DNA of 64,000 nucleotides, taken from NCBI GenBank assembly GCA_951406725.2, contig OX597823.1, positions 53,940,001 to 54,004,000 of the forward strand, in the 5' to 3' direction. The stretch comes from Octopus vulgaris (lineage: Eukaryota). Positions 24,801-38,400 of the stretch are shown here, piece after piece. A program made the translations under genes and the position numbers. Within the stretch, counting starts at the first letter, position 1. Every line of letters starts with the position of its first letter. The notes beneath the pieces were generated by a model, which was not told the origin of the DNA, ran no database searches, and worked only from the letters and a program-made list of their open reading frames with translations.

Positions 24801-27800
24801 CACTTTGACCCTCTTTCTCACTATTCAATGACACTTCCTCGTGCTGGGGTGAGAGTAATAGTAGGCATAAAGATGGTGAGGGTGGTGGCGAAGACAGACA
24901 GACAAAAAGAGAGAGAGAAAGAAACAAAGAAATTTATTTTATATGTGTGTGTGTGTGTGTACATATATATGTATTAAAGAAAGCAAAAATAAAACAAAAA
25001 TAAGTGTTCAGTATGTTGGTGACAGAAATTTCTGTCAGAGACATGGTTAAACAAAGTTGTACATCAGCTCTCTTTCTCTCACATACCCATTCTTTCTCTC
25101 TTTTATTATTACTCCCACTGCCACCATCAACACTACTACTTTGAAAAAAACATCATCAACTCTCCCTAAATTTCTGTCTCTCTCTCACTGTCTTCACCAC
25201 CTCCTTCACTGTCTCTATGCCTACTATTACTCTCACCCCATCATGAGGAATAGTAGGAGTGTCATTGAATAGTGAGACAGGGGGTCTAAGTGTGACACAC
25301 AGCAATTAGTTTTCACATTTATTATATTAGATATAAGTCATAAGAACAAAAGGGAGGCATAGAATTAATAAATTCAGATATGGTATGAAGAGCTAAGGCT
25401 GACGATTCCTCACGAGCAAAGAATTACCAACCAATCTAACAGGTTTTTTCATTAAAAATATTTACTAGTTATCTGATAAGTTGTAGAAATCATGAAAATA
25501 AAATCAATTTAAATACCAACTTGTTTTCCACAGCAAAGTCCTATTACTGTATTTTCTAGCATACAAGTCGAATTTTTCAGGCCAAAATTTACTGCCAAAA
25601 AGGATAGGTCAACTTGTACAGCAAAATGACTTTGGAGGGCCAAAAAAATTCCATGAAAAATGTAGCAGGATTTGTAAAGAGAGTGATGCTGTGTGCACAA
25701 CATGATTTACAATATATACAACACTGACATGTATGTCAGAACATACAGTAGATCAAAGAATTTTACAATTCATCAACAGAACCTAATGGCTTTGGTTTTC
25801 CCCCTTCCATAGAGATACAACATTGAAAAAACAAATTAAAAATAGAAATTAAAAATAGAATAGCTAAAACAATGCACTGGTTCTTGTTTAATTACTTAAG
25901 TTAAGCAATGTTGAGCATAATTAGTAATAGATGGGTGACCACTTGGGAAACCTTGGTGCTGTAAGCATCACTTTTTTAATGATGATGCCCTATTATGGTC
26001 ACAGGCTCTGACAGAGACAAGTAAAAGGTAAAAGGGTAAAGACCCCTTTGGTCACGAATGACCATGGGATTGTACCTAGAAAGTTACCCTCCAATTTACA
26101 AGTTCGGGCAAGGTTGTTTTATGTAAGGCCAGCAGTTGTCCATGCATACCAGCCTCTCCTTTCCACACCACTGACGTTATCCAAGGGAAAGGCAAACACC
26201 AATAGAGCTTGGCACCAGTGACATTGTAACTCATTTTTACAGTTGAGTGAATTGGAGCAACAGGAAATAAAGTGTATTGCCCAAGAACATAACACACAAT
26301 TCGGTCTGGGAATCAAACTCACTACTTCATGATTGTGAGGCTGACAAGCTAACCACTAAGCCATGGACCTATAATGGTCACAGGCTCTAGCAGAGACAAG
26401 TAAAAGAATTCCATCAGAACTGACCTGAATCATTTCATGAGGCAGTAGAACTCTCATATTGTTAGGATCAATGCAAGTACTCTAGAATGGAACAGGAAAA
26501 AAATATTGATAGAACAAAAACAAGAAAAATCATCTAATATCAAATACAAACATAATTACTTTTTAAAAAAAAATCAAAGTATATATATATATATATATAT
26601 ATCGTTTAAGCATTGTGAGACAAATAAACCACATGTAGAACTCAATATACATGTTGATGATGTTCCCTATATAGGCACAAATGTAATTCTTTCCCAAATA
26701 AGTTCACATTAAGGTGTTATTCAGGCACTCAACTATGAGTCCACTACATCTTATAGGCAAAAATAGCCGTAAGCTCACAAAGTTCATGAGATAATCGTTT
26801 ATTCCTTTGTCATCACTTTTTCTTCATATAAATACTAGCAGTATCGCCCGGCGTTGCTCAGATTTGTAAGGGAAATAACTATATATGCATTTTTAGAGAT
26901 GTAAAGTATAATAGCCATCTCAATATGGCTAACCTCAAAGGGGGGGTGTTACTGTAGCTTTTTACGTTCTGAGATTTAATAATTCATTTTTAGAGAGTTA
27001 CTTCCCTTATATAATAGCAAAACAATGCATTAAAAATGGGGGAAAATGATGGAAAATTTTTTATTTACATCTATCCATATAACAGTCTTAATAGCCTGCC
27101 CTTTGTTTTTAAATTTAACCGACTAATTATATTGAGAGCTGGACTTTGGTCAATCCCATTACAAACAATAGGTGGTTGGTCTTTACAATATATCAGTAAG
27201 TAAATAAATCTAATTAATTGATAGGCATTTTATTTGGATAAAATATTAATTAGTACTATTAACATAATCTTAAGAACTATTATGATTACTTCTAGATGTT
27301 AAGGCTCTATCACTTCCTTTTTTCTAGACCTATTAGCATATCCCTTTTATCCCTAAAGAAAGATTAACCCACCAATTAATATTTCTAGTTTTGTCATTTA
27401 CTCAACGTCCTGAACTGTTACATTGCAAAATGGTATGATTTAAACATATTAAGCCTTCATTCCTTCTCGAGGTTCTTCCTCTTTTCTTTTATGTATTTTT
27501 CTTCATTCTGATGAAGCTCCATGGTCCAGATTGGATGTGTTACAAAATATGATAAGCATTATTCTCAGAATTTTCAATGGCAACACTGTAGGACATTGGA
27601 AGCAGAAATGGCTGTTAGATGGGATAAAGTTTTGTATCAAAAAAATAATAATTGATGTTAGTCAATTGTTGTTGATTTCTCCATTTTCTGTTTAATTTAA
27701 ATTTGATTCCTGATAAATTCTTGTTCTTTGTTCATTGCCTATATCCTACGAGCATAACATGCTTTCCTATGTATGCCCAGGGTAAACATAGGTAAATTAT

Positions 27801-30342
27801 ACTGGTAGTAAAAATAGATATTCTTATCCCTTAGACAGTTATTCCAACCACTAACTCTAACTTATATATATATATATATGTATATATATGCACTCAGTTT
27901 GAACTCATTAAAGTAGGGACAGTACATACATACAAGTCACAAAATTAAAATAGTACCACTAACATTGAATTATCATTGTTGAATTTTTCAGACCAAAATT
28001 TACACCCAACAAAAAAAGGTATAGTTGACTTGTACATCAGGATGACTTTGTAAGAATAAGACCAAAAATTCCATGGGAAATACAGCAGGATTTGGAAAGA
28101 TAGTGACGATGTTTGAATGTTTACGCTACATACTATGTCAACTTGGCAGAAAAGATGGCAAAAACATATTTACCTGAAACACTTCCTGTGGAATCAGTTC
28201 TTGATGTGTGATTAGAGCTTGTTCAGCATTAATTTCTGCAATATAGTTAATCAAATAATTACATTCAAGATGAATATGAAATAGTATCTTTGACAGTTTT
28301 AGAATGAAATTACTAGACTTGATGCTCTTTAACAAGAGTCTGCCTACATACACTGGCAAAGTCTTTAAAAAAAAAACATAAGAAAAGAAAACAATGATGA
28401 CTATAGTAGCTTTTCGCTGTCTGGAGTATTGATCTGTATTGCTATCATGGTATCTATTGACAGCGAGATAAAATGGATCATCAAAAATTGTGTATTGTTG
28501 TCAGTCACTGTATAGTGTTAATGATAGGGTATAAAATGTAATCCCTTCAGCAAAAGTACCAGCAGGGTCAACTCTGAATGCAAAGTGGTAAGCTGGCAGA
28601 ATTGCTAGCACACCAGACAGCACTACTTAGCAGCAGTTTATTTGTCTTTTATGTTCTAAGTTCAAATTCTGACAAGGTTGGCTTTGCCTTTCATCCTTTC
28701 AGGGTCAATAAAATAAGTACCAGTCGAGTACTGGGGTAAATATAACCAACTAGCCTCCTCCTTCCAAATTTCAGGCCTTGTGCCTAGAGTAGAAGGGATT
28801 GTTACAATCTACATCATTAGAGTGTTGGACAAAATAGAATGTCAGTATTTAGTTATAATGCTTTGCATTCTGAGTTCAAACCCCAGATATTGATACTGCC
28901 TTTCATCCTTCCTGGGTTAGTAAAACAAGTACCATCAAAGTACCAAGGTCAAAATATTTGACTTAGTCCATCTCCACAAAATTCCTGCCTGGTGCTGCTT
29001 GCACATAAAATGCACCTGTGCCTGTGCCAAATAAAAGCATCCATATCCATGCCACATGAAATCACCTATACCTGTGCCATGTACAAAACACCCATTTCCA
29101 TGCCACCGAAAAAGTGCCAGTGCCACATGTAAAAGCACCTGTTTCCGTGCTGTGTAAAAAGCACAAGAGCCAGTGCTATATAAAAAGCATCCAGCCATGG
29201 AAACCATGCCAAAACAGTCAATTGGAGCCTGGTGCAGCCTCTTCAGTTGGCCAGCTCCTGTCAAACTGTCCAACCTTCACCAGAATGGAAAACAGACATC
29301 AGATGATGATGATGATGATGGTGCCTATTTCAAGAAATAATTATGATTTTTAAAAAAATTTGTTTTGTAATGCATTTTGTCATTTTTATAGTTTTCTGAA
29401 GAACAAAATATTTAAGAACAGAAATTTTTAATACATTTTTTTTCTAGAATAAATTCCTATTTAATCAGAAAACAAGCTAAATAGAATACACAAATTCCAT
29501 ATAGAAGTATTTCTATCAGATTAATATATCAAAAAATTAAAAGCAAAAACTAAACAATTTCATTAAATTCATGTTACAAATAGGTTCTAAATGAACAAAC
29601 AAGAATACACACCAGATATAAGATTGGGATCTGCATTATCAGTACACAAAAGACAAAGTTTAGCCATGGATAGTAGTGTCTACAATAACAAAAGAGAAAA
29701 ACATCAGAAATTCATTCTCATAAACAATAATAATAATAATAATCATAATAATAATTGTAGAATTAAAGTGACTGTAAATTCAAGCACACCCATATATATA
29801 TCATATATATATCATAATGTATATAGACTGTCTGTAGGCCAGTTACAGCAGTACAAGGGGTGCTGAAAAGTTCCTAGTTTTGGGTAAAAGAAAATAGAGT
29901 ATCAGTTAGTTATGATTTTATTCAACTTAGTCCCCTCTCAGACTCACAAACTTAGTGCAGTAATCCTTCAGTTTTTCTTATCCCTGTAAAAGAACTCAGA
30001 ATGTTGGTCCTCCAACTAAGCCTTTTGCAATACCCTTAAAGCCAGAAACTTTTCAGCACCCCCTTGTATTTGTCCTGAGATAACATCTCTTAATGATTTG
30101 GGTGTTAAAAACACAATAACATATAGAGACAAAAAATTCATCTCAGCAGCAACCAGTGAAAGCAGTAGATGCATTCTTGTCCTTTATTAGGCCATTTCAA
30201 TGGCACATGCTAGCATCCAGTCACATCAATGGCCAATTGTATTTTCTCTGATAAAGGAAAAAGTGAATAAAATATTCAATGATATTGCAAACAGCTGCCC
30301 AACTGAATAAAAATCTAAATCTGCAGTTGAGGCAGTATTTAA

Positions 30343-30388
<46 letters not shown>

Positions 30389-33300
30389 ATCATTATCAAG
30401 TTAGTATCAAAAGAATTAATAATATTCTCAATAAAGAAAAAGGAATAGGGAGATTTCTTGAACAGTACATTTAGACTGAAAGATCTGCAAGTTGCTCACA
30501 AATTCAACAATACTTCTGATCTCTTATTTCTCTTGCTTCAAAGATTTATTCCACAGGAAGTCAACAATGGGTCACATTTATTAAATTCATTCATTCAAAA
30601 TTCTGTTGTGCCTCCTGAAAAGTGTAGCTGATGTTTAAATACATTTAAACCAGCCCAATTGAAAGAATTTTGTTTCAAATCTCCTTTATCTGAGCAAACT
30701 GATGATGATAAGCTGATTGGGAAATATTAGTTCTGTTAATTAGGGAACATAATCAGTGCTAAAAGAATAAGTAGAGAAATTCAATAATTGGCTACAGTCA
30801 AAGCAACAGAATGAATCTGACTTTGAAAAGGATTTTCTTCCATAGGCAACATACACAACTATAAATGCAGAAAGTATTACATTGCAAGAGAGTAAGAAAA
30901 ACAAAGGAAGATAGTTAATCACTTGAACAGAAGAGAGGAGTTTTATAAATCAAGAAAAATAGTAAAGAATTATACCATGTAAAGTTCATAGACGAAATCT
31001 GTGCTAAATACCAAGGAGGTCAACTGACAAGGTCATACACTGTTTCAAAAAGCAGTTGTGTAATTCTATCAGTGAATTTATCAGAACACGTGTATATTTT
31101 ATTAATACTACACACATGCACACAAAGCAAAGATACATTATTTGTCCCTCAGTTCTTAAGTATTTAACAAAAATTAAATTGGTATACTTCTGTAAACAAT
31201 TGACTTAATGTCTCAATATTATGGCAGCTACAGCGCAAATATAAAGATGGTTGTCTTTTTAGTGTGTTTAATAAGTAATGCAAAATCTTAAAATTATATG
31301 AAACTAGAAACAAAAGTGTAATAAAAGAAGATTTTAAAAAAAAAAGTCATTAACATAGATGCATTATTCTAAAACAAATTGTATTATTCTGTTCCAGCTA
31401 ATTCTAAATAATTATTGGATTGCGAATTATCTTTACATCTCTTACTTGTGTCAGTCACTGAACTGCAACCATACAGAGCTATTACCCTGAAGGGACATTT
31501 TTTTTGACCTAACAAATCAACCCCCATACATATTTTTAAAGCCAGGTACTTATTCTATCAGTCTTTTATTGCCAAACCTCTACAGGGATGTAAACTTAGG
31601 CGTAGGAGTGGCTGTGTGATAAGTAGCTTGCTTACCAACCACATGGTTCCGGGTTCAGTCCCACTACGTGGCACCTTGGGCAAGTGTCTTCTGCTATGGC
31701 CTTGGGCCGACCAAAGCCTTGTGAGTGGATTTGGTAGACGGAAACAGAAAGAAGCCCGTCGTATATATGTATATATATATGTGTGTGTGTGTGTCTATAT
31801 GTTTGTGTGTCTGTGTTTGTCCCCACCCAACATCGCTTGACAACTGATGGTGGTGTGTTTACGTCCCCGTAACTTAGTGGTTCGGCAAAAGAGACCGATA
31901 GAATAAGTACTAGGCATCCAAAGAATAAGTCCTGGGTCCGATTTGTTCGACTAAAGGCAGTGCTCCAGCATGGTCACAGTCAAATGACTGAAACGAGTAA
32001 AAGAGTAAACCAGACACCTCGTCAACACTATTTCTGTCTCTTTCAAGCATCAACTAATCACTTACACCCTTTCTTGTAGATCCTACCAAACTATCCAGCC
32101 CATGCTAGAACAGAACCTGGACACTAAATAATGATCATGACAAAAAAAAATATCAGCTTAGAAAAATGCATTGATTTACCTTTTTGCGAGCAACAAATTT
32201 CTTTTCTTCCATTGCCAGATTAATCAGAGTTTCATAAGCCTGTAATAAAATAATGTTTGAAATTAAACAGAGTTAAAATGAATTAAACAAGAATTTGCAT
32301 AAACAAATGAGTCTTAATGATATATTAGTGATAAAAGATGTGAAGGAAGACATGACTGGAGACAAACCAACTAAACATGATACACACAAGTAAAAAAAAA
32401 AAAAAAAAAAAACACCCTTAGTAACTTTCAGTGTTCAAACCTAACAATTGTAAAGGTATTGTATCCATGTACAAAGTATATGAGAGGAAAAGTTTCCGGT
32501 TGTAAAAATATTGCTCAAACCATACATTCTCTGACTGAATTTTGGTCAGAGTCACAAAATATCATTTGCTTTGAAATGTTTAATTGATATATATATTCAC
32601 CTGATGAAAACAGCTTTGTCACATGATATAATAATTTTATTCATCAATAAAAAAAAACATGTCTGAAACAGCTGTAGTGAGTGTGCCACAATCCATCCTT
32701 TGTTATTAGTATGTGTGTGTTGTATCAGATACTGGTGTCATGCAACTGGCACCAGTGTCTATGGCACATAAAAGTACCCATTACCCTCTCAGAGGGTTGG
32801 CATTAAGAAGGGCATCTAGTTGTAGAAATCATGCCAAATCAGACTGGAGTCTGGTGCAGCCCCTCAGCTTACCAGCCCTGGTCAAACCCATGCCAGCAAG
32901 GACATTAAATGATGATGCTGATACACACACACACACACGACAAGCTTCTTTCAGTTTCTGTCAACCAAATTCACTCTGCTCAAAGCTACAACAGAAGATA
33001 CTTGCCCAAGGTGCCACATAGTGAGATTGAAGGCAGAATCATGTAGCTGGGAAGCAAACTTCTCACCACATAGCCACACTTGCACACCATCATCATCATC
33101 ATTTAACGTCCGCTTTCCATGCCAGCATGGGTTGGACGATTTGACTGAGGACTGGCAAACCAGATGGCTGCACCAGGCTCCAATCTGATGCCCTTCCTAA
33201 TGCCAACCACTCCAAGAGTGTAGTGGGTGCTTTTATGTGCCACTGGCACGAGAGCCAGTCAGGCGGTACTGGCAACGGCCATGCTCAAGTGGTGTTTTTT

Positions 33301-33813
33301 ATGTGCCACCAGCACAGGAGCCAGTCCAGCAGCACTGGCAACGACCTCACTCAAATGTTTTTCATTCAAGCAAGGTCGTTGCCAGTGCCGCTGGACTGCC
33401 TATGTGCTGGTCGCACGTATGTATATTTCAGCCAAAGTGGTGAGAGAGATAAAATGGACAACAAGCATCACATAATTTTTCAAGAGGTAAATAAAACAAC
33501 TGAACTTACAGAAAAATAATCCTGTGTTTCTATATCCATAAGCCAGCTGATAGATTTACATTTGCTCAAAACAAGACTTAGTTCGACTGTCATAGGCATT
33601 GTCAATAACTTCCCTCTTTTACCTGGAAACACATTTTGTGAAAAATGATTAGTCACACATTTAAAAATTGAATTTACATTGCTTATTTTCAAACCATTAA
33701 ACAAACAAATATATTTAAAATAGTTGTGTGGCACCTTGGGTAACTGTCTTCTACTATAGCTTCGGACGGACCAAAGCCTTGAGTGGATTTAGTAGATGGA
33801 AACTGAAAGAAGC

Positions 33814-33846
<33 letters not shown>

Positions 33847-34483
33847 TTTGTCTACCACCACTGCTTGATAACCAGTGCTACAGTCCGAAACTATAGTAGA
33901 AGACAGTTGCTTGGGTAAATGTCTTCTACTATAGCTTTGAATCGACCAAAGGCTTGTGAGTGGATTTAGATGGAAACTGAAAGAAGCCTGTTGTGTGCGT
34001 GTTTGTCCATCACCACTGCTTGATAACCGGTACTGGTGTGTTTATATCTCTGTAACTTATAGGTTCAGTAAAAGAGAGATAAAATAAGTACCAAGGTTAA
34101 AAAGAAAAACAGTACAGGGGTTAATTCATTCAACTAAAAATTCGAGGTGGTGCCCCAGCATGGCAACAGTCAAATGAGTGAAACAACTAAAAGATAAAAG
34201 AAAAATACTGGATAGAAGAGGAATCAGATGTAGTGTACAAAAACGAAGATTGTGCTGAAAAGAGCATATGGTAGCTACTCAAATTGATAGAACCAAATGT
34301 ACATGTTTTAATGGCAATATATTTACATGTGCTAAGAAGCTAGCTTCCCAACCATATGGTTCCAGGTTCAGTCCCACTGTGTTGCACCTTGGGTAAGTGT
34401 CTTCTACTATAGCCTCAGGCTGACCAAAGCCTTGTGAGTGGATTTGGTAGACGGAAACTGAAGGAAGCCTGTCGTATATATGC

Positions 34484-34544
<61 letters not shown>

Positions 34545-35350
34545 TAATCCAAACGGGAAAACAGAAAAAACAACAACACGTGGAACAATTACAGTATTAT
34601 TATTATTAGGCGCTCAGGAAAATGGAAGAAGGAAGGTATGACGTTTCGAGCGGAGCTCTTCGTCGGAAACATAAGAGAAGGAAGAAAGAAGAAAGATCCC
34701 GATGTGGGCGAAAGAGGGAAAAAAAATGCGACTGGTGTTTACGAGTTACACACACATATATATATATATGTGTGTGTGTGTGTCCTCGCCATCGCTTGAC
34801 AACCAATGCTGTTGTATTTATGTCTCTGTAACTTAGCAATTTCGCAAAAGAAACCAATAGAATAATTACTAGGCTTACAAAAAATAAGACCTGGGCATGA
34901 TTTCTTCAAACATAACCCTTTAAGGCAGTGCATATATATTTAATGGGCTTTTTCAGTTTCCATCTACTAAATCCACTCAAGACTTTGGCCAGCACAGAGC
35001 TGTAGTAAAAGACATTTGGATTTGCCCAAAGTGCCACACAGTGAGACTTGAGCCCAGAACAACGTGGTTTGAAAACAAAGTGAGAGGGCTATGTCAACTT
35101 CAAAGTCTGCTTTGGTATGGCTTTTACAGCTGGATGCCCTTCCTAATGGCACCCACTTCACAGAGTGTACTGGGTGCTTTCTTTCATAGCACCAGCAGTG
35201 GTGAGGTCACCAGGTTCTCACAAGACAACCCCAACCCTCCCAACAACTAAATTGGGTTTATACTATTGAGGGATATGAAAGTAAGTGAGAATAAATTGAT
35301 AGACAAAAACTGTGCAGAAGACTTGTGTGCATGTCTGTGTATGCATGAAT

Positions 35351-35402
<52 letters not shown>

Positions 35403-38400
35403 CTTTTAAATAATAAAAAAATATTCAATATCAGGACAAATCTATCACTCAAAACTTAAGCATTTAAGAGTGATGATAAGTAATTAAGTATTTTAGATGT
35501 TGTAAATCATCAATAAACTTACCCATATTTAAATAGTAATTATACATGCTTTCACGGAAACCCTGAAATAATAAAAGAAAAATATAAATAACAACAATGT
35601 TTAAGCTATAAATGATATTTTAACAAGATTCTAAATGTTTAAATAAATTTTTTTAAAAGAACCTTTATGAAAAAATAATAATTTCTCCAAAATAAAACGT
35701 TGCAAATGAATATCATTTTAACTGTTCATTTTATTCAAAAAACTTTTTCCACATTTTCACTAAATGGCTAACACCTTTTAGCCAGTACAAAAAAAGTATT
35801 AAAATGGAGATCTGCCATGGCATGGTGTTTAGTAAGTGTTCAAACCAGCCAAATCCGGCCGTATCCAACTGCTCTACGAAATCGCTAAAAAAATAAATAA
35901 ATCACATTACTGAATTCTTGTAGCTTTGAGATAAAGTGAGATGAAGCCTTTCACGCCTTTATTCAAGTATAAATACGTTTTTTTCAACGTTTGAAGAGAA
36001 GTCTGTACCTTAGTTTTTAATGAAATGGCATCAGCAAGGAGTGATTCCGACTTTTAAAGTTTTACTCTTGACGATATAGAAAATATAAATGAAACAAGAG
36101 TATTTTGTCTTCGGACGAATCTGATATCAATATTAGTGAATATTCGTTGCACAAGGAGGATTTTGAGAACGAAAGTGATAAAAATGAAAGTGATGAAAAT
36201 GATATCGTAAACATGGTCAAAGATAACAACACCAATCACTATTCCTGATTTCACGGAAAACACTGGTCCACAACACACTTTACCTCCTGATGTTCAACCA
36301 TTGGACTATTTCTATTTTTACCGTAAAGTTTTTTTGAAAATGTTACAGAGGAAACAAACAAATATGTGCAACACATAATTTCTATTCAGAGGAAACGATC
36401 CACTATGGCAGCCAACTTATACTGCGGAAATGAGAGCGTTTTTCACAATCAATATTATGTATGGTGTTAAACAGCTTCCTTGACTGTCGAACTACTGGAG
36501 TCCGTATGGTGATCCGTATATCTCAAGTATAATGTTGAAGATAGGATATTCAAAAATATTTCAGTATTTATATTTAACTGATTCTGCTAATGCCCCCGGC
36601 AAAAACAACCCAAACTACGATCCCCTGTACAAAGTATGTCCTGTAATTGATTTACTCCTTAATAGTTATAAAACTGAGTATCTACCTGGGAAAAATCTCA
36701 GTGTAGATGAAGCCATGATAGGCTATAAGGGCAGAGTACATTTTCAGTAGTACATGCCTGCCAAACACACTAAATGGGGGACCAAGGTATGGGAAGTTTG
36801 TGAATCAGACACTGGATATTGTGATTATTTAGTTTTAGAATGCCAGAGTAGGGCAGGTGTGACAGGCAGGAATTGGCCAGTTTTAACATAAAACAGGTAG
36901 AATATTTGTGCCAGGTATGGATAGTTTCAGCATTCAGCTTGTTCTGTCAAATATGTTTATCCATTCACATTGTTTTGAATTAATCATGAATTAATCATGC
37001 ATTATTTCATAGCCTTGAGATTTCTGCAATGTGACTGTTTATTTTTATGACATTGTAAGGCAGGTGTGAGAGGCCAGATCAGGCCAGTTTGAACATAAAA
37101 TAGGTAAAATATTTGGGCCAGATATGGCCAGTTTAAATGCTAAAAGGTTACATACTAAAGGGTTAAGTCCGAATCAACACAAATTTTACAATAAATCTGA
37201 CACTACTCACAGTACTGAGTCATAATTGAGGACCAAGCAAATTGAAGAATAACGACAGACTCATTTATGAAACCTTAGAAAGTTAGATCCAATGGAAGTG
37301 ATGACAAAGGATTGGGACAGATGGGAAAATGTATAAAAAAAAGAGAAGCTACGTCTAATGACGATTACAGCAATAGTGTGTGCATCTAAGAGCAAGTGCA
37401 ATACAGCAGACTAGTATAGCAGATATTTGATAAATACCTTCAAGTGATTATCAGTAAGCAAAACATCCAGCTGGAAAGCAGTCCAACAACTCATCTGCTC
37501 TGGCAGTATAGTCTTCAGACCCTTTCTTCCATAGGATTCTATCAGAAGCAACCGTCATTAGACTTTCTGGATGGATTCTCAAGTGTGACCAACTGAGGTT
37601 ATGTATATTATCCAATCATTTCATTCTTGGTCTACCCCTAGATCTCCTACCAGGTGGCTCAGCCTGAAGAGTCTGCCTAGTGATTAGAATGTTGAATGTT
37701 GCAGGAAAGAATCTCATGTCAGCTGTACCAGAGCCATGACCTTCCAAGGTGGAGAAGTGGCCTCACCCGAGAAGAATCCCTGATCCCCAAGCTACACACC
37801 CTGTCAAATAACTTTACTCCAATAATATTCAAATGTTAATATTTGTAATAGTTATTATCCCATCCACGAGAGTACGATAAAGATAGTATAAAATTAAGAA
37901 AGAAGAAAAAAAGGAACCTACTTTATGTACAAAAAGCATACAATATTTTTCAAGTCTTTCAGTATCATCTGTAATGTCGCAGACTTTAGCCAAAGTATTG
38001 AAGTCATAATATTTTTCAGCCAGAGATGCAGCTTTTGCATATTCTTGGTGATTCACTAAAATGTGGAACAGGAGAGATATGAAATTACCAAAAAAAAAAA
38101 AAATTTTTTATTTTATTCTGAAATAAGCAATAAAGCAGATGAGTTTTGATAAGTGAGAATATTAAGAGAAAAAGACAGAGGTGAGAAGGAGTAGAGATTT
38201 GTCAAACAACTGAAGATAGAGGGCAAAGGGAACTAGTTTTGTAAACCTGTCCAAACTATGTAAGCATGGAAAGGCATTATCATTATCACCATCATCATCA
38301 TTTAAAAAGCAATGCAGCTGATGAAAAAAAAAAGCCTCATGACAGCAAGGAAGAATGGACAGCAGCCAGCCCAAAGGTTGGGGTGAGCTGCACCTGCCCA

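Noticed and set aside
25545-25690. Intronic repeat recurring four times in NUP133, considered as a snoRNA family
   Set aside because: Copies occur in both orientations, and the 50830-51017 copy has TIRs and TA TSDs, so it is a MITE.
28314-28362. Candidate NUP133 exon [16 protein letters not shown] (aag/gt, phase 0-1) and the read-through ORF 28138-28359
   Set aside because: It is phase-compatible but has no Nup133 similarity. The exon at 29613-29679 (TLLSMAKL) fits the conserved sequence.
28990-29190. Short repeated GTGCCAYRTAAAAGCAC units resembling a CRISPR array
   Set aside because: Eukaryotic context, no unique spacers of regular length and no cas genes. It is an internal tandem region of the (GAT)n-tailed SINE family.
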